DNA of 64,000 nt from Eledone cirrhosa. Its lineage: Eukaryota. A program made the position numbers and the translations under genes. Positions 15,401 through 30,002 of this stretch are shown here, piece after piece. The notes beneath the pieces are model-generated. The model ran no database searches. It was not told the DNA's origin and worked only from the letters and a program-made list of their open reading frames with translations. The first letter of the stretch is position 1, and each line of letters starts with the position of its first letter. The stretch is from positions 18,228,001 to 18,292,000 of the forward strand of contig OZ024743.1 in assembly GCA_964016885.1 (NCBI GenBank), given 5' to 3'.

Positions 15401-15894
15401 TTTTGTTCTTTTGTTTTTTTGTTTTTTTGTGAATGTGTCTGTTGATTTTGGCATATTGTTGATTAGTTTAAGAGAAGTTTTAAGATAATAGTAAGATATG
15501 CACTCAGTATTTTGAATCTGTCTGCAGAATTCCCTAGACCTTTGTCACTTAGTAGAACCTTAATGACTTTAGCTTTTAAAGAATCTCCCTCTTCTTTAAT
15601 TCTATCGAGCTTGACTGACCCCCCACTGATTTTATAGACATCTGTTAGCTTAAGAGAAACCTATTGACAAGGAATGGTATGCCATCCGGAACCTGTTTAT
15701 AGAATTCTGTCTGCCTTTGTTACTCTAAAAACATAAATAAATATAAATAAAAATAAAAATTAACTATAGCTTTGTAGAATTAGCTTTTAATGAATTCCCT
15801 TTTCTATCAACCAATGACCTGCACCCATCCAACTCCCCACCCTCTCCTACCACTTGTAGAGACCTATAAATACCATATTTATTTTTTGATACCC

Positions 15895-15945
15895 AGATTC
15901 TTGATGATTTCTAATGAATGAAACAGTTCTAGTCCTGTAGAACCT
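15895..15945 (+). ncRNA. Hammerhead motif at the PLE 3' end, with a C3U core change
   Basis: agattc-TTGATGA-Tttctaatgaa-T-GAAA-cag...ctg-TA-gaacct. Confidence 0.6.
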
Positions 15946-15957
15946 CATCTATATTAA

Positions 15958-16034
<77 letters not shown>

Positions 16035-16036
16035 TT

Positions 16037-16075
<39 letters not shown>

Positions 16076-16258
16076 ATATATACATATAAAGTAACAGCAG
16101 GCTGGACAGTTATTTTATAATAATTGACTCCGTACTTGCAGCACCAACTACAAAAACGAAGACGAGCAAGTTGCATTACGCTGAGTGCTCTCCATAATAT
16201 TACATCCAGGTTGACCATACGGAATGACCAGTTCTATCCAGTGGTAAATCAACCAAAC

Positions 16259-16359
<101 letters not shown>

Positions 16360-16364
16360 GGTTT

Positions 16365-17403
16365 AGACGGATTCTACATACGATTATATATTGATGGAAG
16401 CCTGTTTAGTCTACGTCATCTACAGGCCCAAAGAAGGCATTGGAGCAACTGATCCGAGACCTCCATTTTGACGATGAATTTTGTTTGACGCATCACTTCC
16501 TGCTTCGTAGAAGCTGCCCAGGTCTTCGGGTTGAACGGCAGCTGAAAGAAGGCGGATATATCCACCAGAATCCACCTAAGAAAGATTATCTCCCCTACCT
16601 CACAATTTGGAAGACTGAACTGAAAACTTTCTTTGGTTCACCTATCTAGGCTGCACAATGCCAACCGATGCCATGATGAACTGACAAATTGGCAAGCAAC
16701 GGCCAGTGTATATGAGAGACTGTACCAACGTGCGTGGAACAATGAACACACGAAGGATGATACAAGATCAGTAAATACAGAAACATAGTGCGTGTCACCC
16801 TAATATACGGTTCTGAGCACCATCTACAACCTCCATTACAGTGACATTGTAACTAGTGTTCAAGTAATTCAACGAGTGGAGCTTACTAACATCTAGGAAA
16901 TCCTGCTGAAGCCCTAAGTACGCTGAGCAGGTCACGTCTCAAGTATGAATGATCATTTACTGCCGTGGAACACGCTGTACGGCGACCTCGCCATTCAGTT
17001 CGATTACAGGATAGGGGTTTGCGCTGTGTTCTTGTGCAAAACACATTTTACATGGCTCCAGTACCCTTGGCCATTGGGACATGAGACACAAAGGAAGCGA
17101 TAGGAATAGTTTGAAAAAGTACATTAATTGCCTGTATCTTCCACCATCACCAATCGTTCACACTAGCTCAGAACCGTAAAACTTCACGTCACAAAATCAG
17201 CTATGCAGTCTCCTCCTTCGAAAACACCCACAGTGTCACGTATTGGGAAACAGTGACATGAGATAGAATCATGACACCAATTAATCACATCCTGATTAGA
17301 CTTACAACTGCAGCCGCTGCGCCCTTGGCTATGTATGCCGCATATATGCCGGCACTCAACATATGTTTTCCCCTGAGCAAAGCCACAATGAGGATGATGA
17401 TGA
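16365..17403 (+). mobile_element. Decayed RTE/BovB-like LINE, 3' half
   Basis: Traces of DGSLF.LR.LQA and EQLIRDL.F.D; ends with gcaaagcca...(gat)n, a BovB-like tail. Confidence 0.7.
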
Positions 17404-17454
17404 TATATATATATATATATATATAAATATATAGTAATAATAATAAATGTGAAG

Positions 17455-17523
17455 ACTAAAATCAGAGGATCCCGTTAAGGATGAAACACCGCTTCTTTAC
17501 TTAAACTTTAATATGTTATTTTA

Positions 17524-17530
<7 letters not shown>
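17455..17530 (+). mobile_element. Solo pLTR tip, family D
   Basis: Similar to 23390-23452 and to the reverse complement of 26895-26970. Confidence 0.65.
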
Positions 17531-17572
<42 letters not shown>

Positions 17573-17573
<1 letters not shown>

Positions 17574-18431
17574 GAGGTGGGTCAGAAATGTTCCAGGACA
17601 ATGTCACAAAAGATTCATTTCAAACCCAAACTTCACACTAAGAGGTTTCGTCTTTAAAGTAGCCCCCTGGAGTCTAATGCACTTTTCCATCCTTTTCTGC
17701 CACGCTTGCATGCACACCTGGAAGTATTCTTCCGGGATCCTCCGCAGGTCCGTCGACACGGACATTTTGGTGTCGTCTACGTCATCAAAACGGGTCCCTC
17801 CGGGTCGTCCTCGAAGATCCGGTGATGATCGGTTTCAAAACGCTTGAGGATGTCCTGGCACACTTGCATGCGTCAACCCTTCTGGTCATGGTTCAGCAGT
17901 TTTGGCACCATCTTCGCGCAAACTTTCCGCATATCCAAATCTTCAGTGAGAATCTTCCAAACTCTGTCCCGATTCATGCCCAGCTCATTTGCCATCAGTC
18001 GAACAGTCAGCCGACGATCGCTACGCACCGTCTGCCTGACACGCTCAACGTTGACCTCAGTCCTGGTTTTTGAGGGCCTTCCGCTCCTGGGGTCATTTTC
18101 CACGTCCTCGTATCCTCCTTTAAACCTCTTGCACCACTGAAAAGCACGTGGCCGTGACATCGTCTCATCTCCATACACTTGCTGCAGAAATCCCAGTGCT
18201 CCTGACGGAGTTTTCAAGTTTGTTCGTTGATCTGTGCTCATTGCTTAACGACCTGAAACAGAGGACATGTATATAAAATTATGAAGAAAAAAATTTGATC
18301 GGTGCAGAGAGCTAAGATTACAGTTACATACTACAGGGGATTACTTTGAAGGAGAAAACTCTTAGAGTGAAGTTTGGGTTTGAAATAAATCTTTTGTGAC
18401 ATCAGGCCTGGAACTGTTATGACCCACCTCG
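17573..18431 (-). mobile_element. Internally deleted mariner (Tc1/mariner) element with ~100-bp TIRs and TA target site
   Basis: TA-cgaggtgggtca...tgacccacctcg-TA. ORF 17873-18241 has the HTH region, PRSGRP and KVCAKMVPKLL (WVPHEL-like). A C-terminal piece lies near 17660-17790; most of the catalytic domain is missing. Confidence 0.92.
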
Positions 18432-18750
18432 TATATATATTTCATAACCCAGAAACTGTGCAAATGAGTGAGAGACGAAATAAATAAACACTAATTTATA
18501 GCCGATAAGCTACAAAACATATACAAACTTCTAGACATTGTCTTGTGCCTCATAAAGCACGTGAAACATGAGCAAAACGATAGAAAAGCACCAAAGAAAG
18601 CAAGAAGTAGAAAGTAAGATATCGTATTAGAAAATGTAAACAATTTCGATGATTGGAGGAGAAGACAAAAACACGTTCACCACATTAGTAAATATACAGC
18701 ATTCTTATAAAAGGGCGTATATGTTTTTCGGGGCACTGTATATATACATA

Positions 18751-18867
<117 letters not shown>

Positions 18868-19306
18868 ACCATTTACTGTAAAAGGTCACGTTTAACGTTT
18901 CGGTAATGAAGTTCGTTATATATTAAATAAAAGCAACATTGTATTATCTACAATGTCTTCCATCTGATTTTACTATAATTAGAATGTTTTCTAGCGCAAT
19001 CTGCTTTGAATAATAATTGATTGGATATTATGTTCTAGCGCATTGTTTTATTCTATTATTGAACATATTTCAATAGAACCAACGTAGGAGACACTTGTTA
19101 GTTGTCTGATACGTTAGAAGATACTGCGAAACCTTTGTAATAATACGGGGGAGCAAATATAATAACACATATACATTCTAGATACGTACCCTGATATATT
19201 GACGTATCTATGTCTACTGCTGCTTCTTCACTTTCTGTTTAATAACCAATCGCACATCATATTTGCTATATTATAATGAATCCGATGTAGTAATGTTATC
19301 AATAAT

Positions 19307-19451
19307 TGTCTCTACTTTAGGCACAAGGCCAGCAATTTATCAGTGCATTACTGGTACTTTATTTTATCGACCCCGTAAGGATGAAAGGCAAAGTCAACCT
19401 CGGCGGGATTTGAACGCAGATCGTAAAGGGACGTAACTATGCTGGAAAGCA
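19307..19451 (-). mobile_element. 5'-truncated tRNA-derived SINE (Nin-domain type) with 19-bp TSD
   Basis: B box and gcctttcatcct...ggggtcgataaaa core on the minus strand; tagtaatgttatcaataat duplicated at 19288 and 19452. Confidence 0.88.
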
Positions 19452-20194
19452 TAGTAATGTTATCAATAATAATATGTAAACATATTTATGCGGCTACTTG
19501 ATTTCAGTACTCAAAGTTAAGACATTGTGCGCAGTGGAGGGAAAGAAAATCAACCAATCTTAACACAAAAGGAACATAATCAATTTCGTTGATCATTGTA
19601 ATAAATATACTTAAACTAACAAGATTAATATTATTTATGTGTGTGACATCTATGGGAAATACCTCCTCATCCTTTATCTGTATGTACGGGATTTAAATGT
19701 ATATGCCACAGAATTGTATCTACAAGGTAGTTCAGATTTCTCCGTCTATGAGGATGAAGATGAATTAGCCTGATACAAATTATACACATAGAAAAAGAAA
19801 ATATAGTGCGAGAGAGAGAGAGGGGTGGGGGAGAAATAACTATTCTGTGGTGCTGAGACCGGAGACACCACTAATCATGGGAGTACTCAATGCATGGAGA
19901 TATGAAGAGTAGTTATAAAGATATATTAAATCCCTATCGCGGAGCCATGCGAAAACAACTTCATGGTGGTGTATGCATTCTACAAATCTCCCCCTCTCTC
20001 TCTCTCTCCCTCTCTCTCTCTCTATCCCTCTCTCTCTCTCTCTGTATATAGATTTTTTTTTCATTTATGTGGGTGTGTATGTATGCATGTATATATATAT
20101 ATATATATATATATTTATTTATTTATTTATATGTATCTATATATGTGAGTGTGTATGGAATGTATGTATGCAAATATATATATATATATGTATA

Positions 20195-20301
<107 letters not shown>

Positions 20302-20975
20302 TGCGAGAGATAGATAGATAGATAAAGGCTTCTATAAATATACATGTAATATCTATCTTCCAAATTCAGAGAGAATATTAGAAATAAAAAAATAGAATAC
20401 ACTTATATATATTAACTTAATCTATTTTTTCCTTCAACGTGCCTGGACGTCGAGCGTGTTTCTTGCATAAACACTAAAATGGTCCAGGCGTGACAAAACA
20501 AAACAGATTCTACATTCATTAATGAGAATCTTTTAGATTGAAAAATGTATGAATAAAAACTACGTTCAATCGTTAAGAGATGTATAAAAACTAAAACACA
20601 GGAAATACTTGTTAACTTAGTCGATTGCTATAAATAAATTAGGGAAAATACCTCTATAATCAGAAATAGGCGCCGAAAATCATTACAGGGTAATGAACAC
20701 TGTACTTCACAAATTCCTGGGAGATTGATATATTGTGCTTACAATTCATATAACAAACATTGAATGTTGCTATTGTTGAAAGTTGTTTCATCTTATGGAC
20801 AAATCTGAGAATCTTTTAAATCTGAATATTCTTAGGTTTAAATGTTTCATATAATATTTGTCTACTACAAGCATTTGCCGTTATCAATGTTTTAATTGCC
20901 CACTCATGTAAGAATGTCACAATAAATTAGTGTTAAGTAAATTGCAATTACAATATCGCAATCACACAGGACTCC

Positions 20976-21030
<55 letters not shown>

Positions 21031-21945
21031 TATGTATGTGTGTGTATGTGTGTGTGCCTGTGTGTGTGCGTTTGTGTGTGTGTGAATAGTGAAATGAAAT
21101 AACAAGACGATTAGTTACTCCTTCATTACGTTCATTGGTTGGTGACGCGCGTTTCGCCACTGATCAGCTCAAAGTTCGATCTGTATCGGTCTGACGAGTG
21201 TATTTCTGTTTGTGTATGTGTGTGTGTATATAATCAACCAGTGAATTCAAATAGCAGTAAGGTTGCTGTGAAGTGGTTCTTCCAGTAAGCTCTTCGGAAC
21301 TCATATTTGCAAAATTGTTGAGACATGTTCCAAGACAAATACCAGACTAAGATTGGGATTACAATTTAATGAAGACTCATTAGATTTGCATAAGTGCATG
21401 AATAAAAAGAATTACCTACATTCACTTAATATAGGAAAATATGAGATACCTTTAAACTTGAGCATAAGTGTATTCTATAAGAATTATACAAACTTCATGG
21501 ATATCTATGGAATTTAAATTACAACCATTGTATGAGAAATATTCATATATTTATTTTTGATAATTTTGAAGTAGCATTCTTGTCTCAAATACATATCTGC
21601 AATATTGTTATGAATTTGTCTCAAATACATATCTGCGATATTGTTATGAATTTGTTCAAGGGCATTTGTTTAATGTTTAACAATGCGCTAATATGCGAAA
21701 TTCATGATAATTATTGTATATATAATGCCCACTACCAACGTTCTAAATGCAATAAGTAAATTATCAATTTATACTTAGTTGCGCATAAGCAATACCTCGT
21801 ATAATCATTTTAATTTATGAAATATTCTATTGCATATTCATTTCAATAGCTCACCTGGTATTGTATATTATACTTTAACAATATTAATCGCCATTAACAT
21901 TATATACTCTCCTCCCAACAGACACCTAATACATCAAACTAAAAA

Positions 21946-22016
<71 letters not shown>

Positions 22017-22112
22017 TATATATATATAGTAATAATAATAAATTTGAAAATTAAATCCAAAGATAGTTCGATAAGGATAAATATATATCAAATATATAAG
22101 AATCGTAGACCA

Positions 22113-23575
<1,463 letters not shown>

Positions 23576-23618
23576 GATATATTTATATACATATATATAT
23601 ATAATCATATATATATTA

Positions 23619-23768
23619 ATTGTTTCTACTTTTGGCACAAGGCCAGCAATTATGCCAGTGTATTACTGGTACTTTATTTTATCTACCCCGTAAGGATGAA
23701 ACGCAATGTTAACCTCGGCGGGATTTGAACTCAGTTCGTAAAGGGACGTAACTGTGCTGCAAAGCACA
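23619..23768 (-). mobile_element. tRNA-derived SINE, 5'-truncated
   Basis: Same family as 28998-29180. Confidence 0.85.
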
Positions 23769-23816
23769 TATGTAATCATATATATATTAATATAATCATA
23801 TGTGTATGGTAGTATA

Positions 23817-23848
<32 letters not shown>

Positions 23849-23857
23849 CATATATAA

Positions 23858-24674
23858 CTATGTTTGCAGACGTACAGTAGTATGTATATATATACATACA
23901 TGCACACATATATATATATATATATGCACGTATCGGTGTACTGAACATTTATTATAATGCCCGGTTTGTTTGTTTGTAAACAAACAAACAGCTCGACGTA
24001 CGGCGTAATAGGGCCTGTTTGTTTGTTTACAAACAAACAAACCGAGCATTATAATAAATGTTCAGTAAACCGATACGTGCATATATATATATGTGTGCAT
24101 GTATGTATATATATACATACTACTGTACGTCTGCATACATATATGTATGCACGTATACATACATACTTACATTTAAGTAAGTGAGAAATGAAATTTCAAT
24201 TAAGAGTGAGAAATGAAATTTCGTTTCATTCTATTCCGTTTATCGTTTTCGGTGTGCCCGGCCGACTGAACTCACTCGATATGCAAATTTGGATGCTCAG
24301 CCGTTAATATGCATAAGGAAAGTATATACTTTCAGACGTTCAACAATCTCGCAGGAAGGTATACGATGCTGACGATAGCTAATAAGCTTGAAACTAGTAC
24401 ATCGTTCCTGTGTGCTGTGAACAAAAAGTTGACGTGGTTGCCTAAACACTGTACGGCGTCATTCGGGCTGTTTGTTTGTTTACAAACAAACAACGGAGCA
24501 TTATAATAAATGTTCCGTAAACCGATACGTGCATATATATATGTGCATGTATGATTAAATATACATATTACTGTACGTCAGCATACATATATGTATGTAC
24601 GTATACATACATACTTCCATTTTAAGTAAGTGCCGTACTAAGAGTGAGAAATGAAATTTCGCTTCATTCTATTC

Positions 24675-24678
<4 letters not shown>
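23858..24678 (+). mobile_element. Non-coding hammerhead-bearing element, layout A(inverted)-A-B-A, unit ~450 nt (retrozyme-like, family E)
   Basis: cattataataaatgttc at 24047 and 24499; inverted copy at ~23858-23990; hammerhead in B; no ORF. Confidence 0.8.
24363..24405 (+). ncRNA. Minimal type I hammerhead ribozyme (family E)
   Basis: acgatg-CTGACGA-T-agct-aata-agct-T-GAAA-ctag-TA-catcgt: perfect 6-bp stem I, palindromic stem III (ACTAGT), GUA triplet. Confidence 0.88.
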
Positions 24679-24730
<52 letters not shown>

Positions 24731-24826
24731 TAGATATATATATATCAACTAGAAATTCATTGACATATAATTAAACATATGAAACAATCACGGTGGATAA
24801 TTTGTAAACGTGTGTAAGCACACGTA

Positions 24827-24955
24827 GCAGGGTAGGTAACTAAATGAAGTTTAACTAGAACTTCAAAAATAGATACCTTAGAATTTGATAATCAAATTAT
24901 AAGGTATCTATTTTTGAAGTTCTAGTTAAACTTTATTTAGTTACCTACCTAGCTA
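24827..24955. repeat. Near-perfect palindrome, ~60-bp arms
   Basis: ggtaggtaactaaat...agataccttagaatttgat-a-atcaaattataaggtatct...atttagttacctacc. Confidence 0.9.
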
Positions 24956-25028
24956 TACGTAGTGGTAGAGCACTCAGTCCAAGTAATTAGTTAGGTAAGA
25001 GTGGTTACACAACATTTAGTTCACCATA

Positions 25029-25068
25029 CCGAGAACAATTGTTTCACCTTCGCGGATCTTCAGCTCGG
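25029..25068 (-). ncRNA. Minimal type I hammerhead (family F)
   Basis: Exact reverse complement of 25130-25169. Confidence 0.8.
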
Positions 25069-25129
25069 GACGTGTATGGTTATAGGAACAGGAAGGGATA
25101 TCCTTCCTGTTCCTATAAACATACACATC

Positions 25130-25169
25130 CCGAGCTGAAGATCCGCGAAGGTGAAACAATTGTTCTCGG
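25130..25169 (+). ncRNA. Minimal type I hammerhead (family F)
   Basis: ccgag-CTGAAGA-T-cc-gcgaa-gg-T-GAAA-caattg-TT-ctcgg; palindromic stem III, GUU triplet. Confidence 0.8.
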
Positions 25170-25196
25170 CCTGGTGAACTAACTGTTGTGCAACCA

Positions 25197-25560
<364 letters not shown>

Positions 25561-25626
25561 ACAAACATGTTATATATATATAAATATATATATATATATA
25601 CATATATATAAATATGTATATATACA

Positions 25627-25697
<71 letters not shown>

Positions 25698-25724
25698 ATG
25701 TATATATATATATATAAATATTGA

Positions 25725-26480
25725 GTATGTACACGCACATACATATATGTATATAGACGTACAGTAGTATGTATATAGACACATACATGCACATATATAT
25801 ATATATATATATGTACGTATGTTTTAAGCGAACGTTTATTATAATGCTCGGTTTGTATAAACCGAGCATTATTATAAACGTTCGGTAAAAACATACGTAC
25901 GTATATATATATATATATAAGTGCATGTATGTGTGTATATACATACTACTGTACGTCTGTATACATATATGTATGTGCATGTAGATACTGATATTTAAAC
26001 ATCAGCCGTACTAAGAGTGAGAAATGAAATTTAATTTTTTCCATTTATCATTTTCGGTACACCCGGTCGACTAACTCACTTGATATGCAAATTAGGCTGC
26101 TCAGCCGTTAATATGCATAAGGAAAGTATATACTTTCAAACGTTAAATTGACTGACTGGAAGGTATACGGTGCTGATGACAGCTAACACACTAGAATCTG
26201 GTTCATCGTTCCTTTGTCAGTGTTGACCAAAAGTGCAACGATGGTTGCCGAACAATGTACGGCTTATAATTCGGGCTGTTTGTTTACAAACAAACCGAGC
26301 ATTATAATAAATGTCTTGTAAAACCATACGTGCATATATATATGTGTGAGCATGTATGTGTGTATATGCATACTACTGTACGTCTGTAAACATATCATAT
26401 GTGTATGTGCGTGTACAGACTGATATTTAAGTATTAGCCATGCTAAGAGTGAGAAATGAAATTTCATTTTTTCCATTTAT
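25725..26480 (+). mobile_element. Second copy of family E (A(inverted)-A-B-A), unit ~433 nt, degenerate hammerhead at 26167-26209
   Basis: accgagcatta at 25861 and 26294; hairpin centred near 25856; acggtg-CTGATGA...GAAT-ctgg-TT-catcgt. Confidence 0.8.
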
Positions 26481-26752
26481 ATATATATATATATATATAT
26501 ATATGGGATAACAAGTTATCGTTATAGGTAATCCAGTTAGAGGTTGTGAGTACTTTTTATCGTGGATAGTTTTAACGTACGGTTTTGTTTGATTCAACAA
26601 AATGTTTCCATATCTGGACAGCGAGTTCGCGGCAATTCCTATGCAAGTTATACTTGGAGTAATAATAGTGAAAGAATGAAGAGTAACATGTTAGGCTGTA
26701 CAACAAGGGGCTTTATTTCAGTATTAACAATTGTTTCATTCATCAGGTGAGT

Positions 26753-26881
26753 CTAGAGGCCGCTAATCGCTCGAAGTTGCGTCAATCGATCTCCAATACA
26801 TTGTTTAACTCTGATCTGAGGATTTGATGAGAGGTATTGGAGATCAGGTGACACAACTTCGAGCGATTAGCAGCCTCTAGA
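26753..26881. repeat. Inverted repeat with ~48-bp arms, next to a collapsed hammerhead remnant (26722-26745, minus)
   Basis: tctagaggc.gctaatcgctcgaagttg...caacttcgagcgattagc.gcctctaga; the adjacent reverse complement reads CTGATGA-at-GAAA-caattg-TT. Confidence 0.8.
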
Positions 26882-26894
26882 TATATATATATAT

Positions 26895-28734
26895 ATTTAT
26901 TAAAATAACAGATTAAAGTTTAAGCAAAGAATCGCTGCTTTCACCCTTAACGGGATCTTCTGAAACTAACAAAGTCAATCTGTAAACACAGAACTCGATA
27001 TTTCAAAAAACGTTGCAACCGGAGGAAGACAGGAAGACGATACTTTGGTTCGTGGAACGTTCGCTGGCTAAGAACGGGAAAATCGAATATAATACGTCAC
27101 TAATAGGAGCGGTGAAAAACAATACGCTCAAAGACAGAACCACGTTTATAGTATAATAGAGGTCGTAGACTAATGTTCTCTTAGGTTGTGCATAGAGACG
27201 ATCTCTGGCGATGAACGAAAAAAACGAAGATAATACGTCATATGTGGAGCGTGGAGAACAATAGCACGCAAAGACAAAACCACGTAAATGTTATAGCAGA
27301 AGTCGTAGACTAAATTCTAACTAGGAGACCGAATGAATCTCCGCTACGGAGTTAAGAACAAAGTAAATAAATACAATACAGAAGTAATAGAAATAAATAA
27401 ATACATACACGCAAACAGAAACGTACATACACAAGCATACGCAAAAACTTACCATAGGTAAACAAAACCACGCACATATAAATATGTGTGCGTGTGTAAG
27501 CGTGTATACAAATTAATAAATAATTATATAAACGTATATAAATAAATAAATACGTATATAACAAGCGCACACACATACCTACATGTAAATACACGAATGT
27601 TCGGAGACGTAAGTCAACAAAAACATGAAGTACACATATACACACGCCCTACATACGTACGGACCTGCATACTCACACAGACGCAAAACTCCCGTATACA
27701 CATAGTCGAAACATATGTACCAGAATATATAAACAAATTATACGCCATAACAATCAAATATACGTACGAGAAGGTATACGTACCTTCACAAAACATACAG
27801 ATAATATATACTTACCTATGCAAATAAGTAAAGGTATAAACAAAACATATACTTAGCTCCCACATCAAGACGTAAAATATCCACGAATAGATCGTACTAT
27901 CCGTTAGGGTATAACGTGGGGCTGTAATACAGGAAAGTGTTGTGCAATTTATGTTTACAAGCCGAAATTGCCTCAGATTTTTTGTTTAAGATGTTGTCTG
28001 TGGCGTAGTGTATTTCCAGGGCCTCAGCGGCGCAGAGGTCACATGGTCTTTTATTTCCGTTATACGATCTAGCCCTCGCTAGGATCACCTAGTGTAACTT
28101 ATATTGGGTGTGGTTGTCTTTTAGACTCCAGATATAAGCTGAAAGTGACGTCATATTCCTTCATAAAGGGTAATGAAAAGAATGGGTATGCATGTAAAGA
28201 CGCTTCTTGAATCTATTTGCGGTTAACCCTATGTAGGCCCTACGGGACGTGGTGTTACAACCTTACATTTGTAGACAATGTTACTAGAGAGGCATTTACC
28301 GGATAGGGGGCAATCAACCCGACTCCTACAATTACAGTTAGTACTAACTACAGGGTTGCACGTGTTCCTACGGCTACGTAGTTTAGCTAAATTTGAAGCT
28401 GTGATGTTATGTGCAAGGTTAGGTGTCGTAGAGTAAGAAATGTTAATAGTATTTCTATTAAAAATTTTACTATATTTATGTGTAGGGGGAAAATGTTTCG
28501 TAATAAGGGAAAGAAAGATCTTAGCAAATGGTGTGGCTACATCCATATTATATGGTGGGTTATACCAATAAATGCGACGGGATCTATTTCTTCTAGGTCT
28601 ATTTTCGTACTCTGTATATGCTACCTTATCGACAAATCCACTTCGAGCAAGAGCTTCATTGTAATAAGTGGAATGGTCGTTGAAAATACGCTCGCTGGTG
28701 GAAAGACGAGAAAGCCTCAACGAAACGTTTCTTA

Positions 28735-28738
<4 letters not shown>
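26895..28738 (-). mobile_element. 5'-truncated PLE (thumb, linker, GIY-YIG, 3' UTR), family D
   Basis: ORFs 28229-28738 and 27897-28088 are homologous to the 9982 ORF (YYNEALARSG, WYNPPYN, CNC..CPL..CL, IVYKC, CDLC); frameshifted; (TA)n on both sides. Confidence 0.9.
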
Positions 28739-28827
<89 letters not shown>

Positions 28828-28868
28828 TATAAATATTAATAAAATAGATGTTCTTTTGATCAATTACA

Positions 28869-28918
28869 TTTTATTATACATATTTCGGATGTACAACAGT
28901 ACGTCGTCATCAGACAAA
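28869..28918 (-). ncRNA. Type I hammerhead motif related to family C
   Basis: Reverse complement: tttgt-CTGATGA-cgacgtac-tgtt-gtacatcc-GAAA-tatgta-TA-ataaa. Confidence 0.65.
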
Positions 28919-28997
28919 GTATAATGATACATGACATACCCTGAGATGTTAAATGGTTAAGATTTAATCAAGGTAGCGAATTTTAATATTAATAACT

Positions 28998-29180
28998 GTT
29001 TCTACTTTAGGCACAAGGCCAGCAATTACCCAGTGCATTACTGGTACTTTATTTTATCGACCCCGTAAGGATGAAAGGCAAAGTTAACTTCGGCGGGATT
29101 TGAACTCAGATCGTAAAGGGACGTAACTATGCTGGAAAGTATAGCGTCCGACCCTCTACCGATACTGCCAATCCACCGAC
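28998..29180 (-). mobile_element. Full-length tRNA-derived SINE (Nin-domain type) with 19-bp TSD
   Basis: A box tggcagtatcggtaga, B box gagttcaaatccc and Nin-like core; aattttaatattaataact at 28979 and 29181. Confidence 0.9.
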
Positions 29181-29287
29181 AATTTTAATATTAATAACTC
29201 CGGAAAAAATTTTTTTTTTACCGTAGAGGGCTTCCAATCTTCTGTAAAACTCATTCTTTGACATAATCATTGAATATCGTTTAATAC

Positions 29288-29356
<69 letters not shown>

Positions 29357-29562
29357 TATAGTATTAAGGATACTATTTATGGTTATGTATATACTAAAAC
29401 CTTTTATAGTTATATATATTTCATACCCTAAATAGTGAAAGACAGTAATTTATTACTATCTTATTACCAGTAAGATAAGTAGCTCAATGTAACAACATCA
29501 GTTGTTTTACAGAGCAGTTATATAGATATTACATGAATCAAAGTTCTGTTTAAATCATTTAT

Positions 29563-29611
29563 TTGCTTAGAATTGTTTCTTCCAAACCGAGGTTTGGGGT
29601 CTTCGGAGCAA
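29563..29611 (-). ncRNA. Hammerhead-fold motif with CCGAAGA core (family G)
   Basis: Reverse complement: ttgct-CCGAAGA-c-cccaaac-ctcg-gtttgga-a-GAAA-caattc-TA-agcaa. Confidence 0.6.
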
Positions 29612-30002
29612 TTATTCAGTGATATTTAACATACCTGACCTCCTTTTCAACACAAGAGACATATAGAAACATATGTGTATATTGACCCAGAGTGGGTTGA
29701 CATCCATTATAATAATATAGCATGGTAATTTACATACAAAGATTACAGTCATATTAAAGGACATAATTAAAGTTAAAATTAAAATTAAAATTAAAATTAA
29801 AATTAAAATTAAAATTAAAATTAAAATTAAAATTAAAATTAAAATTAAAATTAAAATTAAAATTAAAATTAAAATTAAAAATTAAAATAAAACATTGGCA
29901 GTTTACTAAGCAAGAGGAAAGTTTGGAGTAGCCAGTGTATGCAACAGTCACACGTGTGGCATGCACGTGTGTCCTATTTATACAAGATTATAGTGCGGCA
30001 GA

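Larger units (their letters stand above)
9568..15961 (+). mobile_element. 5'-truncated Penelope-like element bounded by inverted pLTR segments (family A)
   Basis: RT/GIY-YIG ORF; 9635-9707 is the near-perfect reverse complement of 15888-15961; both ends abut long (TA)n. Confidence 0.85.

Noticed and set aside
11268-15488. Long YI/CV/HT-rich ORFs in the track (up to 345 aa), here and across the window
   Set aside because: They are translations of (TA)n/(TG)n microsatellites, which lack stop codons.
28998-29180. tRNA genes at the A/B-box motifs
   Set aside because: No cloverleaf; the boxes are the head of a multi-copy SINE with TSDs.
29768-29890. (TTAAAA)n as a telomeric repeat
   Set aside because: It does not match TTAGGG and is an internal part of the family G terminal arm, mirrored at 33315-33411.
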